Positions 19,157 through 29,277 of a stretch of DNA of 64,000 bases are shown here, piece by piece. Source of the stretch: a virus (Duplodnaviria; Caudoviricetes); IMG/VR virus record IMGVR_UViG_3300031555_001762; one strand, 5' to 3'. Below the pieces are notes generated by a model. It did not search any database. It was given only the letters and a program-made list of their open reading frames with translations, and was not told where the DNA came from. Made by a program: the position numbers and the translations under genes. Every line of letters starts with the position of its first letter. The stretch's first letter is position 1.

Positions 19157-21190
19157 TTAATATCCGATAACGTATCGCAGTACAAAATAGCTGTTAGTAT
19201 AGTTAATACCCGCATAGGAATCTGCGCCGCTATCATTATTTGTATCGGCACCAGTGATAGAAGTATCGCTTACATACAAATACTTATATGCCGCTACGCC
19301 AAAATTATTAGCTGCCAAATGAATACTCATACCAGTACCATTATGTGCCTCAACATGATACTTGGGTACTTGCGTAAATTCCCAATAGTAATTTTTTGCA
19401 GCACCATCAGAATAAGCACTCCATACCAGAATAACGCCATTTGGTTGTGAACTGATTGCCTCTGAAAGTGTAATTGTCTGCGTCTCATTCATACCGTGAC
19501 CACCGCTCCACAGAACCTTATTCACACCATATTCACGACCATCGACAGTAAGAGTTCCACTAACTTCCAAATCATTTTCAACAGTAGCATTGTTGAAATG
19601 ACCTACAGCCACTCCGCCTGATGTGGGAGAGTCTTTCCAAAAACCCCTTGCTTGGATATGGGCTTCAACCTGCTCGCTTCCTGTTGCAGACGTAGCGAAG
19701 AAGAGCCTCACCCAGTCTTTTGTAGCCTCAGCTCTTGCATCGATAGCATAGCCAGAACCAATGTAACCTGCATAGGAAACACTCGGAACGTCAATGAACT
19801 CTATCGGGAACTCCCACATGGGTGTATAACGGAAGGGCATGTTGTTCCATGTCGAATACGGTTCGTTGTTCTCTTCGAACAATACAGCCCAGCATTCAGC
19901 CTTGCCGCTTGCCCATTTCTCCCAATACCAACCGTCTGTTTGACCCCACTCAACCACGTAGTCCGCAGGGTTGATACCGTAAACAGCACCAGATGCAGTA
20001 CCGCCAGAAGTAACTCCGCCTTCACCAGTGGAAATGAAGTAACGCATTACAACGTAAGGTTGCATGTTGTTGTGGGATTCTCCTTCGCCCGTAAATGAAT
20101 ACTTCTTTGCGTCACCAGCGTTTACGGAGTCTACGGTTAAGTAGCTGTAATCGCCTGAAACGTTCGTAACGTTTGCCCCCGTTGAATCAACGATAGCATT
20201 TGCTCCCCAAACAGTACGAACAGTAAAGCTTGCGTAATCTTCGGGCATCTCATCAACCGTCAACGTATGCTTTTCCTCGCCACCAGTCTCACCAAGAGCA
20301 TATCCATCAGACTCACCGATAATCACACGGCTTTCAAGATTAGGCACGTTGAAGGTAGTAGAGCCATCGCCAGAACCATAAGTCGTTCCAATAGCATCGA
20401 ACAGCTTTGCGTACTCAGTTCTAGAATACTCGGAGCCGTCGCAAAGAAGGAAGCCTTCTGGGTCTCCTTCGCCAGCGAAGGGGTAGACCATACCTGCAAC
20501 AGCAGAGGACTGGACAGTGGTTTCGCTAATAGTCATTGGACGAGCATCTGCGCTCTTGCCAGTAGAGATAATGTAGTTAACCACTGTGTAAGGTTGCATG
20601 TTGTTGTGCGGTTGGTCTCCGCCGAACTCGGCTTTAAGAATAGTGCTGCCGCCTTGTGCACTGCCGTAGCCAAGCATATCGTAACCAGTGCTGCCGCCAG
20701 ACTCAGATTTCAAAATTCCATCGGGTGAAAGGAACGTTGATCCTTGAGAATCGCCGCCCCAAGTCCAATTTCTAAACCACGCTCTACCACTTAGTTTAGG
20801 TAACTCGCCCTCGATTAACTTATGCTCTTCCTCGCCACCAACTTCACCAAGCTCATAATCAACACCAGCGCCCACTGGTACGCGAGTCTGAAGGTCTGGA
20901 ACGTTGAACGTTGTAGCCCCATCGCCTTCACCATATGTAGTGCCGATAGCCTCGAACAGTTCGGCATATTCGTCACGTGAATAAGCTTCGCCATCGCACA
21001 TCAAGAATCCCTCTGGGACGGTTTCTCCTGCAAAGGGATATACGATGCCAGCGATAGGAGAGCCTTCAGGGCTAGAAGGGAGGGAGTCTAATGCTCCCTC
21101 CAAATCTGCTACTTTAGCAGACAATGTTTTAGCAGTGCCAAGAATACTGTTCACCTCTTGACCTGTATATGATAATTTATAAGTTCCCAT
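19157..21190 (-). CDS. Tail fibre protein with two tandem tail-collar domains
   Basis: Two G.VYPFAG...PEGFL.CDG..YSR.EY..LF.AIGTTYG.GDG.TTFNVP.L...HNNMQPY units, then W.KW.SGKAECW domain and a C-terminal domain. Confidence 0.9.
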   Translation of the reverse strand: MGTYKLSYTGQEVNSILGTAKTLSAKVADLEGALDSLPSSPEGSPIAGIVYPFAGETVPEGFLMCDGEAYSRDEYAELFEAIGTTYGEGDGATTFNVPDLQTRVPVGAGVDYELGEVGGEEEHKLIEGELPKLSGRAWFRNWTWGGDSQGSTFLSPDGILKSESGGSTGYDMLGYGSAQGGSTILKAEFGGDQPHNNMQPYTVVNYIISTGKSADARPMTISETTVQSSAVAGMVYPFAGEGDPEGFLLCDGSEYSRTEYAKLFDAIGTTYGSGDGSTTFNVPNLESRVIIGESDGYALGETGGEEKHTLTVDEMPEDYASFTVRTVWGANAIVDSTGANVTNVSGDYSYLTVDSVNAGDAKKYSFTGEGESHNNMQPYVVMRYFISTGEGGVTSGGTASGAVYGINPADYVVEWGQTDGWYWEKWASGKAECWAVLFEENNEPYSTWNNMPFRYTPMWEFPIEFIDVPSVSYAGYIGSGYAIDARAEATKDWVRLFFATSATGSEQVEAHIQARGFWKDSPTSGGVAVGHFNNATVENDLEVSGTLTVDGREYGVNKVLWSGGHGMNETQTITLSEAISSQPNGVILVWSAYSDGAAKNYYWEFTQVPKYHVEAHNGTGMSIHLAANNFGVAAYKYLYVSDTSITGADTNNDSGADSYAGINYTNSYFVLRYVIGY

Positions 21191-21193
21191 TTT

Positions 21194-22663
21194 CTAAACA
21201 CCTCTTACAACTATATAGTCATCTTGGGAGTCTAACAGCTCTAAGCCATCAAGAGTCTCCAACTGCTTATCTTCATAAACGCTTCCGTTATTGTCGAATA
21301 GACCCTTTGGAAGTCTGACATAAATATCCTTAATGTTTCTGCCTTCAGGAACTCTTACGAAAACCTCGTACTCTCTAGTCCATACAGCATATAGAGTAAT
21401 GACATCGCCGTTTACAAAATCATCATTTACGTATGTGCCGCCAGAAAGATAAACAGCTTTCGTTGCAGAGCTATCCAAAGCCCAGCCAGAGAACGAATAT
21501 TTATCCCTTGTTGGTTTTACGGTAGATAGTATGGATACCGATTCTGCTTCATGCAGCTGACTTTCTGGAGCATTCATACCGCCATTAGCGTCATATGCAA
21601 TAGAGCACACTACAACCAGAGACCATATCGCATAAAGAACTGTATCCGCATTGCCAGTGAATGAACCACCAGCAGAATACGAAGCAGCTGTAGAACTTGC
21701 GCTGGCTCCCCATCCGATGAACTCATATCCTTCTCTTGTCGGAATGGTAGGGGAGAGTGTTATGTTTACTCCGTATGTTTTCGTCTGAGAACTTGGAGCG
21801 CCAGAACCACCGTTTGCATCAAATGAGATAGTATATACCTCAGCTTCCCAAATCGCATATAAGGTAACGGCAGCATTTGATGTATATGTAGCACCAGCAG
21901 CATATGCTACGCTACCAGTAGAAGAGGTAGCCCATCCTTTGAATATATGACCAGCACATGTAGGTATGGTAGAGGAGAGGGTTAGATCTGTTCCATGCGT
22001 TTTAGTTTGGCTACTAGGCGCACCACTACCGCCATTGGCGTTGTAAGATACTGTGTAGGTATTCAATTTCCAAACAGCATATAATGTAGCACCTGAGTTA
22101 GAAGTGTAGCTTCCACCAGCAGAATATGTCGCTGAAGTTGCAGTAGAAGATGTTGACCATCCTAAGAATGTATATCCAGTACGAGTTGGTTTAGTGCTGG
22201 AAAGGGCTAGGGTTTTATCACGGTATTTCGTTTGGCTGCTTGGAGCACCAGAACCACCGTTAGCATTATATGAAACAGTCCAGTATAATGTTGGGACTGT
22301 GTAAGAGCCACTAACTTCAGAAGAAACATAAGAACCAGAACTTCTAGTATATCCACCTTTAGCATAGAGAGACAATGTTTGTCCCTGACTGTACCACCCT
22401 GCATTAATCCAACTATCGTCAGCATACCATCCAGTTGAATCAAGAGAGACCGAGCCAGACCAGTTGGTACTGCCGTTAGTAGTGCCTGTGTAAGCAACAG
22501 TAGTGCCATTGAAATCGCCTGTGCTTACGTAAAGAGCATGTCCGTATTCAAGGCGATATGCTGTATCAGAAGTCTCTGCAATTCTAATACCTACCCAAGC
22601 TTTAAACTTCGAATTGGTACTGCCAGCTTCGCTACCATAATTATAAACTACGTTAGTTGCCAA
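21194..22663 (-). CDS. Virion protein with four InlB B-repeats
   Basis: Repeats YNANGGSGAPSSQTK...PTR.GY.F.GW...TLYA.W; TTG start after AGGAGG. Confidence 0.88.
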   Translation of the reverse strand: MATNVVYNYGSEAGSTNSKFKAWVGIRIAETSDTAYRLEYGHALYVSTGDFNGTTVAYTGTTNGSTNWSGSVSLDSTGWYADDSWINAGWYSQGQTLSLYAKGGYTRSSGSYVSSEVSGSYTVPTLYWTVSYNANGGSGAPSSQTKYRDKTLALSSTKPTRTGYTFLGWSTSSTATSATYSAGGSYTSNSGATLYAVWKLNTYTVSYNANGGSGAPSSQTKTHGTDLTLSSTIPTCAGHIFKGWATSSTGSVAYAAGATYTSNAAVTLYAIWEAEVYTISFDANGGSGAPSSQTKTYGVNITLSPTIPTREGYEFIGWGASASSTAASYSAGGSFTGNADTVLYAIWSLVVVCSIAYDANGGMNAPESQLHEAESVSILSTVKPTRDKYSFSGWALDSSATKAVYLSGGTYVNDDFVNGDVITLYAVWTREYEVFVRVPEGRNIKDIYVRLPKGLFDNNGSVYEDKQLETLDGLELLDSQDDYIVVRGV

Positions 22664-22716
22664 TCTTCCTCACCTCCTAATAGACTAAATAATTTAATCA
22701 TTTATATCACCATCGC

Positions 22717-23946
22717 TTATAATTCATTATTTCTGAAATGAATATCGACAGTTTTTCTCCATACCGCATACAGCGTAACAATATCACTATCAACAAAGTC
22801 ATCGTTTACGTACTTACAACCAGAAAGATACGTTGCCTTTCTTGCATTTGCAATAATAGACCACCCAGAGAAATGATATCCTTTTCTTTCTGGTTTTACG
22901 CTAGACAAAGTTGAAACGCTGCCCCTCATGTGGGATTGATTGCTTATATCGCATTCGCCTCCATTTGCGTCATACATGAGAGTACAAGATTCAACGCGAA
23001 CCCATACAGCATACAAAGTCGTATTCTTCGTAACGTTGAGATTCCAAGAAGTGCCAGACTTATAAGTAGGAGACGTTGCCGAAGAGGATTCATCCCAACC
23101 TAAGAACTCATAACCAGTTCTTGTAGGAATTGAAGTCGATAGAGCAACAGTTCCACTACTTGCATAAGTGTATGTTTGAGCATTCGGAGCATTGCTGCCG
23201 CCGTTAGCATCATATGTAATGGTATAAGTGTTTACTTGCCATACGGCATAGAGAGTATAATCAGAAGCGTTACTTAAATTCCAATTCTGACCAGCCGTAT
23301 ATGATGCGCTAGTAGCGTCTGAGGAAAGAGACCAGCCTAAGAAAGTGTAACCAGTTCTAGTGGGATTTGTGCTTGATAGCTTTGTAGTGCCACTGCTTGC
23401 ATAAGTATAGCTATGGCTGCTCGGAGCGCCAGAGCCACCGTTGGCATCGTAAGAAATTGTATACGTATTAGCAGTCCATTGAGCATAAAGGGTTACAGCA
23501 GAGTTTGATGTATAGTTTCCGCCAGAAGAATATGATGTTCCAGTGCCGCCAGAGTTAGTGTTCCAATTCTTAAACGTATAACCAGTGCGAGTAGGCGTGG
23601 AAGTTGTGAGCTTCAATGTCGTTCCATATGTTTTAGTCTGGTTTGATGGAGCACCAGAACCACCGTTTGCATTATACGAAACTGTATAAGTTGCATTTGG
23701 GAACGAAGCCGCTGTATAATACCTACCATCAGCAGAACCTTTTGTAACGCCAACGTGGTATGGATATGTTACAGTCCAAGTGGCTGAATATGCACCATAG
23801 AAATAATGGTCGTTTCTAGATGTCGTAGAAGCACCACTGCCATCAGCACTAGATGCGTGTTTTGCACTGGAGCTGATAGTTAATGTAACATAATCGCCCC
23901 TGTTATAAGTTTTGCCCTTAATAGTAGCAGAAGTTGACCAACCCAT
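22717..23946 (-). CDS. Virion protein with N-terminal SH3-like segment and four InlB B-repeats
   Basis: Same repeat signature; last repeat closely matches that of 21194..22663 (YLSG..YVNDDFV). Confidence 0.88.
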   Translation of the reverse strand: MGWSTSATIKGKTYNRGDYVTLTISSSAKHASSADGSGASTTSRNDHYFYGAYSATWTVTYPYHVGVTKGSADGRYYTAASFPNATYTVSYNANGGSGAPSNQTKTYGTTLKLTTSTPTRTGYTFKNWNTNSGGTGTSYSSGGNYTSNSAVTLYAQWTANTYTISYDANGGSGAPSSHSYTYASSGTTKLSSTNPTRTGYTFLGWSLSSDATSASYTAGQNWNLSNASDYTLYAVWQVNTYTITYDANGGSNAPNAQTYTYASSGTVALSTSIPTRTGYEFLGWDESSSATSPTYKSGTSWNLNVTKNTTLYAVWVRVESCTLMYDANGGECDISNQSHMRGSVSTLSSVKPERKGYHFSGWSIIANARKATYLSGCKYVNDDFVDSDIVTLYAVWRKTVDIHFRNNEL

Positions 23947-24023
23947 TCATAACACCTCCTTTACATTGTCTAATAAGCAATGCTTATATATTTGCTTTTC
24001 ATATATAACATTTTATTTAACAT

Positions 24024-26189
24024 TTAAATCTTAACCCAGAAGATAACGCTCTCATCTGTTGGTTCAGTTTCGGAAACGACGATTCCACCACCGCCAGAAC
24101 TGCCAGAACCACCCTTGTTCTCAGACCAAGCAGCAGAACCATCTACAACGCTAAGGATTTTACCTTCGTCATCAGCAGTGTAATCAGGCAGTCCTTCTGG
24201 GATTTTGTATATTTCCTCGGCAGTACCAAACCAAGCGTTGCCATCTTCATCAATGGTAATGTTGCCTAAGTCAGCAGCTTCCCATTCAATAGGCATGCCG
24301 TTCTCGTCAATGGCTTTGACAACAGCAGTCTGACCGACAATTGCAGTTGCTGGCATACCAAGGTTGACTAGGGAAGAGGGGGTGTTGGTTAGCAATTCAG
24401 TTGCGTCATCATAGGAAGTTCCGCCAACTTTAACGCTTCCCTGATACCAAGCGTTTCCGTCCCAATCAAGTGTGTGTGCGTTAGAGGGAACTGAAGATGT
24501 ACCGTTACCTACGATATGCGCATATGTCTTTGCGGTATCTTCGATATTGTACTTACCCTGAACATGCTGTGCATCTCCATGAGCTTTGGTAGCATAACCC
24601 TCTGCATGAGTCCATCTATCATACGCCTTTGTATGGTAGCCTTCTGCATGAGACCAGTGACCAGATGCTTCAGTGTATGCACCTTCGGCATGAGAGTAGC
24701 TGCCAGAAGCAACATTGTTCTCGTAATCGTTGAATATCTCACCAACGCCATCATAGATTAAACCAACAGAAGAACCTTCTGGGAAGTCTATATACTTAGA
24801 GTCAATCTTATGAACTTCTGCATCGTTGCGCTTAACCGTGATGGTTACAGAGCCAACACTGGTTGCATAAAGCATTATTGAACCAGAATATCCAATTAAG
24901 AACGGTTCGCCAGTATCATCTGCCATTCCAAAAATGCTACCGTTACCAATGGCGAGCAGACCGTCCATAACAGTACATGTAGTAGCATAGTCAGTTCCGT
25001 TCCATGTTACGACGTATTCAACGCCTTCTTCTAGGGTTAGAGAGAATGGATTCATGGCAGCGCCCAAACCATTGTAGTCCGATGTCGTGAACATAACGTT
25101 ATCAACGACGGCTGTTAAAACTGGTTCACCAGTATAGAACGGACGATTCTCGATATAAGAATCTTCGTTGGGGTCGTTCTGGTTCCAGTCTGAATTGACA
25201 TTTACCTGAGCGCCTTCTTCAATGCCATCTACCTTTGTTTGAAGCTTTGAAATGCTGCTTTCATTGGCATCAACCTCTGCTTGAAGAGCATCAATCAGAG
25301 TTTTGATTGCAACTCCTTGTGCTGCGCTTAGTGGCTTGTTCGTCACATTAGTTGTAAGGTTGTTGATAATGTCTGATACGCTAACCTTACTCGTAGTGAT
25401 AGAATCGATAAGAGATTTATTAGACTTGATGTAAGTAACGATTTCAGCCATTTGGTCTAGGTCTTCATCGGTGCTATTCGCAAGTGTATTTAACCTTGTA
25501 GTCAAATCCTCAATTAAAAGTCTGATATCGTTGTGTGCAGAAGTGCTTGTGTTATGAGTAGACACAGCACTTGCAGCGGTGCCAGAAGCTTCTTTTCCTG
25601 CAATAGCAGAGTTAATAGTAGACACTTTGCCGTCAATTTCAGATTTAGAATATGCGCTAACATCAGAAGCTGAAAGCGTGATGTTAGAAGTAAGAGCCTT
25701 GCCATTGACCGTGCGAGAAGTCGGAACCTTCGCATCAATAGAAGACTGAAGCGCACTGTGCTGAGAAGTTGCAGCAGCGATGGTCTGATAAGTTTCAGTA
25801 ATTACATTGCCAGAACCATCTTTTGTCGCCTTTGTTGCAGAATCAGCCGTATCCGCATGAGTCGCATTGGTTGCGCTGTCAGCAGTGGCTGCATGGTCTG
25901 CACTATCAGCAGTATTAGCATGATTTGCGTTTGTTGCATTAATAGCATTGGTTGCGTTAGTGGCATTTGTTGCAGAATCAGCAGTAGCAGCGTGATTAGC
26001 ATTGGTTGCCGTATCTGCCTTAGTAGCAGTATCGGCAGAATCAGCATGTTCAGCTTCTTTGACTACGACAGTACCACTAGTGATACCAGAAATCTTTTCA
26101 TCAACTTCAGTTTTCTTAGCAAACTTATCGAGAATATTTGCAACAACCCTGATAAGCCCATTAGAGTCCAAATATTTCTTTTCACTCAT
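24024..26189 (-). CDS. Trimeric fibre/adhesin with A-T/D-N/S tripeptide repeats and YadA-head-like (SHAEG) repeats
   Basis: ATNA/ADSA run; SRTVNGKALTSNITL; DWNQND...YIENRP; ASG.YSHAEG 14-aa repeats; SNAHTLDWDGNAWY. Confidence 0.85.
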   Translation of the reverse strand: MSEKKYLDSNGLIRVVANILDKFAKKTEVDEKISGITSGTVVVKEAEHADSADTATKADTATNANHAATADSATNATNATNAINATNANHANTADSADHAATADSATNATHADTADSATKATKDGSGNVITETYQTIAAATSQHSALQSSIDAKVPTSRTVNGKALTSNITLSASDVSAYSKSEIDGKVSTINSAIAGKEASGTAASAVSTHNTSTSAHNDIRLLIEDLTTRLNTLANSTDEDLDQMAEIVTYIKSNKSLIDSITTSKVSVSDIINNLTTNVTNKPLSAAQGVAIKTLIDALQAEVDANESSISKLQTKVDGIEEGAQVNVNSDWNQNDPNEDSYIENRPFYTGEPVLTAVVDNVMFTTSDYNGLGAAMNPFSLTLEEGVEYVVTWNGTDYATTCTVMDGLLAIGNGSIFGMADDTGEPFLIGYSGSIMLYATSVGSVTITVKRNDAEVHKIDSKYIDFPEGSSVGLIYDGVGEIFNDYENNVASGSYSHAEGAYTEASGHWSHAEGYHTKAYDRWTHAEGYATKAHGDAQHVQGKYNIEDTAKTYAHIVGNGTSSVPSNAHTLDWDGNAWYQGSVKVGGTSYDDATELLTNTPSSLVNLGMPATAIVGQTAVVKAIDENGMPIEWEAADLGNITIDEDGNAWFGTAEEIYKIPEGLPDYTADDEGKILSVVDGSAAWSENKGGSGSSGGGGIVVSETEPTDESVIFWVKI

Positions 26190-26213
26190 AAAATAACCTC
26201 CTTTTATTTTTTG

Positions 26214-27752
26214 CTATGCCAGAACAGAATTGAAAATCTCGTCAATTTCCACATCGGCCAAGATAGGCATTTCCTTTGAATCAACATAAGCTTTAAGTTC
26301 ATCATGCTGGGAGGTGGCAGTTGCAACAGTCTGATAAAGAGACAGGTCGATGTTGTCAATCTTCTTGTCAATAGAAGATAAAACAGTATCAACTTCTACC
26401 TGAGTATAATATAAATCGTCATGTGTATGATTTGTATCAGCCTTATTATCAACAGCACTTAAACGTCTATCTTCTACATAATTGTCTGTTATCAATGCGA
26501 TGGTAATATTTTTACTTGTAGCTAAATCAAAATCAGATTGACTTAGTAAGTTATACGTATATGGAGAAACAGATATTGTTATATTGTTTGTATTTGCAGC
26601 TGCTGAAACAATGTAAGAAATAGAATCATAATCTATTGGCGACCATGATATATTTAGATTGACTTTAAGATTTTTAATATACAATCTTCTTAAAGAGATG
26701 CAATATCCAAAAGCTTCTCTCCAGCTACCAGATTTTGCACCAAAGTTAGTCGTATTAATAGCATCAAAAGTACCTGCTGCCTCAATGTTTCTTGCGTCGA
26801 ACATTAATCCACGACAGTCTTTTGGCAATACGATGTTAAAGTCGGGGTCATCGTGTCCGACGATACCAATTGTCCTAGCACCATAATAGCTAAATACTTG
26901 CGTTGCCCACGTTGCTTTCGCAAAGCTATTTCTATATGCTAAGTTTCCCCAGTTAGGGTCGCTATTTACTCCAAAAGCCAAATAGAAGGCTTTAAATGTA
27001 TTATCTGGAATAGTTGAATAACACAATGGCAATTGTGAAGTGTGAGTCAATGTATAATTTGTTCTTTTAGCAACTTCGCTTACATAAGGATTGTCGCTCC
27101 AGAAGATACAATTTACGTATTGTGCGGCCTGCACACGATATGACCCTTGATTACCTTGACTCCATTTTGAATACATGGCTTCATCATTCATATCAAATAA
27201 GATATTTGAAAATTGTGCAACACCTTCCAGCCAAGGATAAAACGTTCCTAAAGCACTAGGGAATGCACTTAATGATAAAATAGAATTATCCGATGTTGGA
27301 ACAATCTCAAACGAATCACCCTCTACAAGCCTAACTTCAACGTTTGAGTTCGCAGGATATATCTTAGGAATACCATTAGTAACAATTGTTACATCCTCAA
27401 TACAATAAAACGCTAATACTGTATTTGAATTTAATGTTGTATATAAATTTTTAACATATTCTTCAGTTGCATAGCCATCTACGATATTAGACCAAGCTTC
27501 TTTCTCTTCTAGGGTTACATGAATTTCGCTGTTGTCGCTATGAGCTGCAAGCTTGGTTTCAGTTTCATCAAATTTGGATTTCAATACCTTGTTCTGAACA
27601 GGATTGGCAGAAGTGCCAGAGAGAGCGGAGTCCACCGTATAATCAGCAATATCCTCAAGTTTATGTTGGTGGTTCAATGTGGCGAATCCAGCTTTTAATT
27701 GGGCTATAAGTCTAATCAAAGCTTCAGTTCCTACATATTTCTTTTCAGCCAT
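26214..27752 (-). CDS. Fibre-associated protein with internal BspA/LRR-like region
   Basis: VDSALS.TS.NPVQNKV and HTHDDLYYT fibre motifs around AF.YC.SL..L-type repeats. Confidence 0.7.
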   Translation of the reverse strand: MAEKKYVGTEALIRLIAQLKAGFATLNHQHKLEDIADYTVDSALSGTSANPVQNKVLKSKFDETETKLAAHSDNSEIHVTLEEKEAWSNIVDGYATEEYVKNLYTTLNSNTVLAFYCIEDVTIVTNGIPKIYPANSNVEVRLVEGDSFEIVPTSDNSILSLSAFPSALGTFYPWLEGVAQFSNILFDMNDEAMYSKWSQGNQGSYRVQAAQYVNCIFWSDNPYVSEVAKRTNYTLTHTSQLPLCYSTIPDNTFKAFYLAFGVNSDPNWGNLAYRNSFAKATWATQVFSYYGARTIGIVGHDDPDFNIVLPKDCRGLMFDARNIEAAGTFDAINTTNFGAKSGSWREAFGYCISLRRLYIKNLKVNLNISWSPIDYDSISYIVSAAANTNNITISVSPYTYNLLSQSDFDLATSKNITIALITDNYVEDRRLSAVDNKADTNHTHDDLYYTQVEVDTVLSSIDKKIDNIDLSLYQTVATATSQHDELKAYVDSKEMPILADVEIDEIFNSVLA

Positions 27753-27855
27753 TTATGCACCTCCTTTTCATTGTTTTCAAATGTTTCCATTTTTAAAATG
27801 TTTTCTTATGTTTCTATAAAACAGAGACATTTGAAAACAATGTCTCTATAAAATA

Positions 27856-27881
27856 GGGGAGATGCAATTAAGCATCTCCCC
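27856..27881 (-). terminator. Terminator after the Ala-rich fibre gene
   Basis: GGGGAGATGC-TTAATT-GCATCTCCCC-TATTTT on - strand. Confidence 0.8.
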
Positions 27882-27910
27882 ATTAAAAGAAATATTCTAT
27901 TGCTTAAAAA

Positions 27911-29230
27911 TTAAGCAAACAAAGAGTCTACCTCGGCAGTGGTGATAGCCTTGAACTCACCAATCTTCTCATCGGTGTAAGCCTTTGCGTTGCCCTCAGC
28001 AGCATCCCAAGCGGAAACCTTAGCAGCAGTGATACCAGCAAGAACCTCAGCGTTCTCATGGACATGAGCCTTGGTGTAAGCCTCGTTCCACTGACCGATG
28101 AGAGCAGCAGTGATGCCGTCAAGGTCGGTCTTATTGGAGTGAGTGTGGGTGTCAGCCTGAAGAGCGTCAATCTCACCCTCAGCAGTGGTTACGCGACCAG
28201 CAAGAGCGTCGTGGTCGCCCTGAGCAACCTTACCAGCAACAACGGTCTCAAGAGCATCAACTTCGCCCTGAGCAACGCCAGCCTTGCGGTCAGCTTCCTG
28301 AGCAGCAGCAAGAGCAGCAGCAGCAGAAGCCTCAGCAGCAGCATCGCCTTCACCACGAAGCTTAGCCTCGGCAGCGACAGCAGCAGCAATCTGCTCAGCT
28401 ACAGAACCCTCGCCTTCGCCAAGCTCAGCCTCGACAGCCTTCAGGCGAGCATCGATAGCCTCGTCAGCAGCCTTGTATGCGGTCTCTACACCAGAGATAG
28501 CGGTACCACGGTCGGCAACTTCCTTCTCAATAGCAGTCTTGTTAGCAGCGATGTCAAGAACCATCTGGTCAGCAGCAGCACCCTCGCCATCAAGGTAGAC
28601 CTGAATCTCCTTCAGAGTGTCAAGAGCCTCGTCAAGCTGCTCACCCTCAGCGAGCTTGAAGAATGCCTCAACTTCAACAAGGCGAGCATCCATAGCCTCG
28701 TCAGCAGCAATACGAGCATCTTCCTCAGCGCCAATAGCCTCTGCGTTAGCGGAAACTAGACCACGAAGCTCGGTGTCATCATAAGCATTAGCCTGAATCT
28801 GCTCGATGATGCCCATAACGGTCTTGCCCTCGGCAACTTCGCCAACCTTGCCAGCGAGAGCATCAACTGCGTTCTGAGCAGCAACAGCCTTACCATCTGC
28901 AACACCAGCAGCAGCAACAGCAGCGTCAGCGGTACCCTGAGCAGCGACAGCTTTGCCGTCAGCAACGCCAGCAGCAGTAACACCCTCTTCGGCCTTAGCC
29001 TGAGCAGCAGCAGCAGCATCATTAGCCTTTGCTACCTCGGTGTCAGTGTAGCTCTTGGCAGCAGCCTGTGCGGAAGCAGCGGAGCCAGCAGCGTCGTAGT
29101 TAGAAGCTAGACCATCAGCATGAGCCTTAGCAGCATCAAGGGCAGCTTTGTCATCAGCAGCAATCTTTGCCTTAATCTTGGAATCGTACTCAACAAGTGC
29201 AGACCAATCCATATACTTCTTTTCAGCCAT
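27911..29230 (-). CDS. Ala-rich coiled-coil fibre shaft, probably highly expressed
   Basis: Ala-rich heptads, LDTLKEI and HTHSNK motifs; strong GCT/GAG/AAG codon bias like the tail tube gene. Confidence 0.8.
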   Translation of the reverse strand: MAEKKYMDWSALVEYDSKIKAKIAADDKAALDAAKAHADGLASNYDAAGSAASAQAAAKSYTDTEVAKANDAAAAAQAKAEEGVTAAGVADGKAVAAQGTADAAVAAAGVADGKAVAAQNAVDALAGKVGEVAEGKTVMGIIEQIQANAYDDTELRGLVSANAEAIGAEEDARIAADEAMDARLVEVEAFFKLAEGEQLDEALDTLKEIQVYLDGEGAAADQMVLDIAANKTAIEKEVADRGTAISGVETAYKAADEAIDARLKAVEAELGEGEGSVAEQIAAAVAAEAKLRGEGDAAAEASAAAALAAAQEADRKAGVAQGEVDALETVVAGKVAQGDHDALAGRVTTAEGEIDALQADTHTHSNKTDLDGITAALIGQWNEAYTKAHVHENAEVLAGITAAKVSAWDAAEGNAKAYTDEKIGEFKAITTAEVDSLFA

Positions 29231-29277
29231 AATAAATTCCTCCTAAAAATAAATAAACGTTTATCTATATCAACACA

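Noticed and set aside
28058-28759. 233-aa + strand ORF
   Set aside because: Antisense shadow of the codon-biased Ala-rich gene; Ser-rich, no RBS
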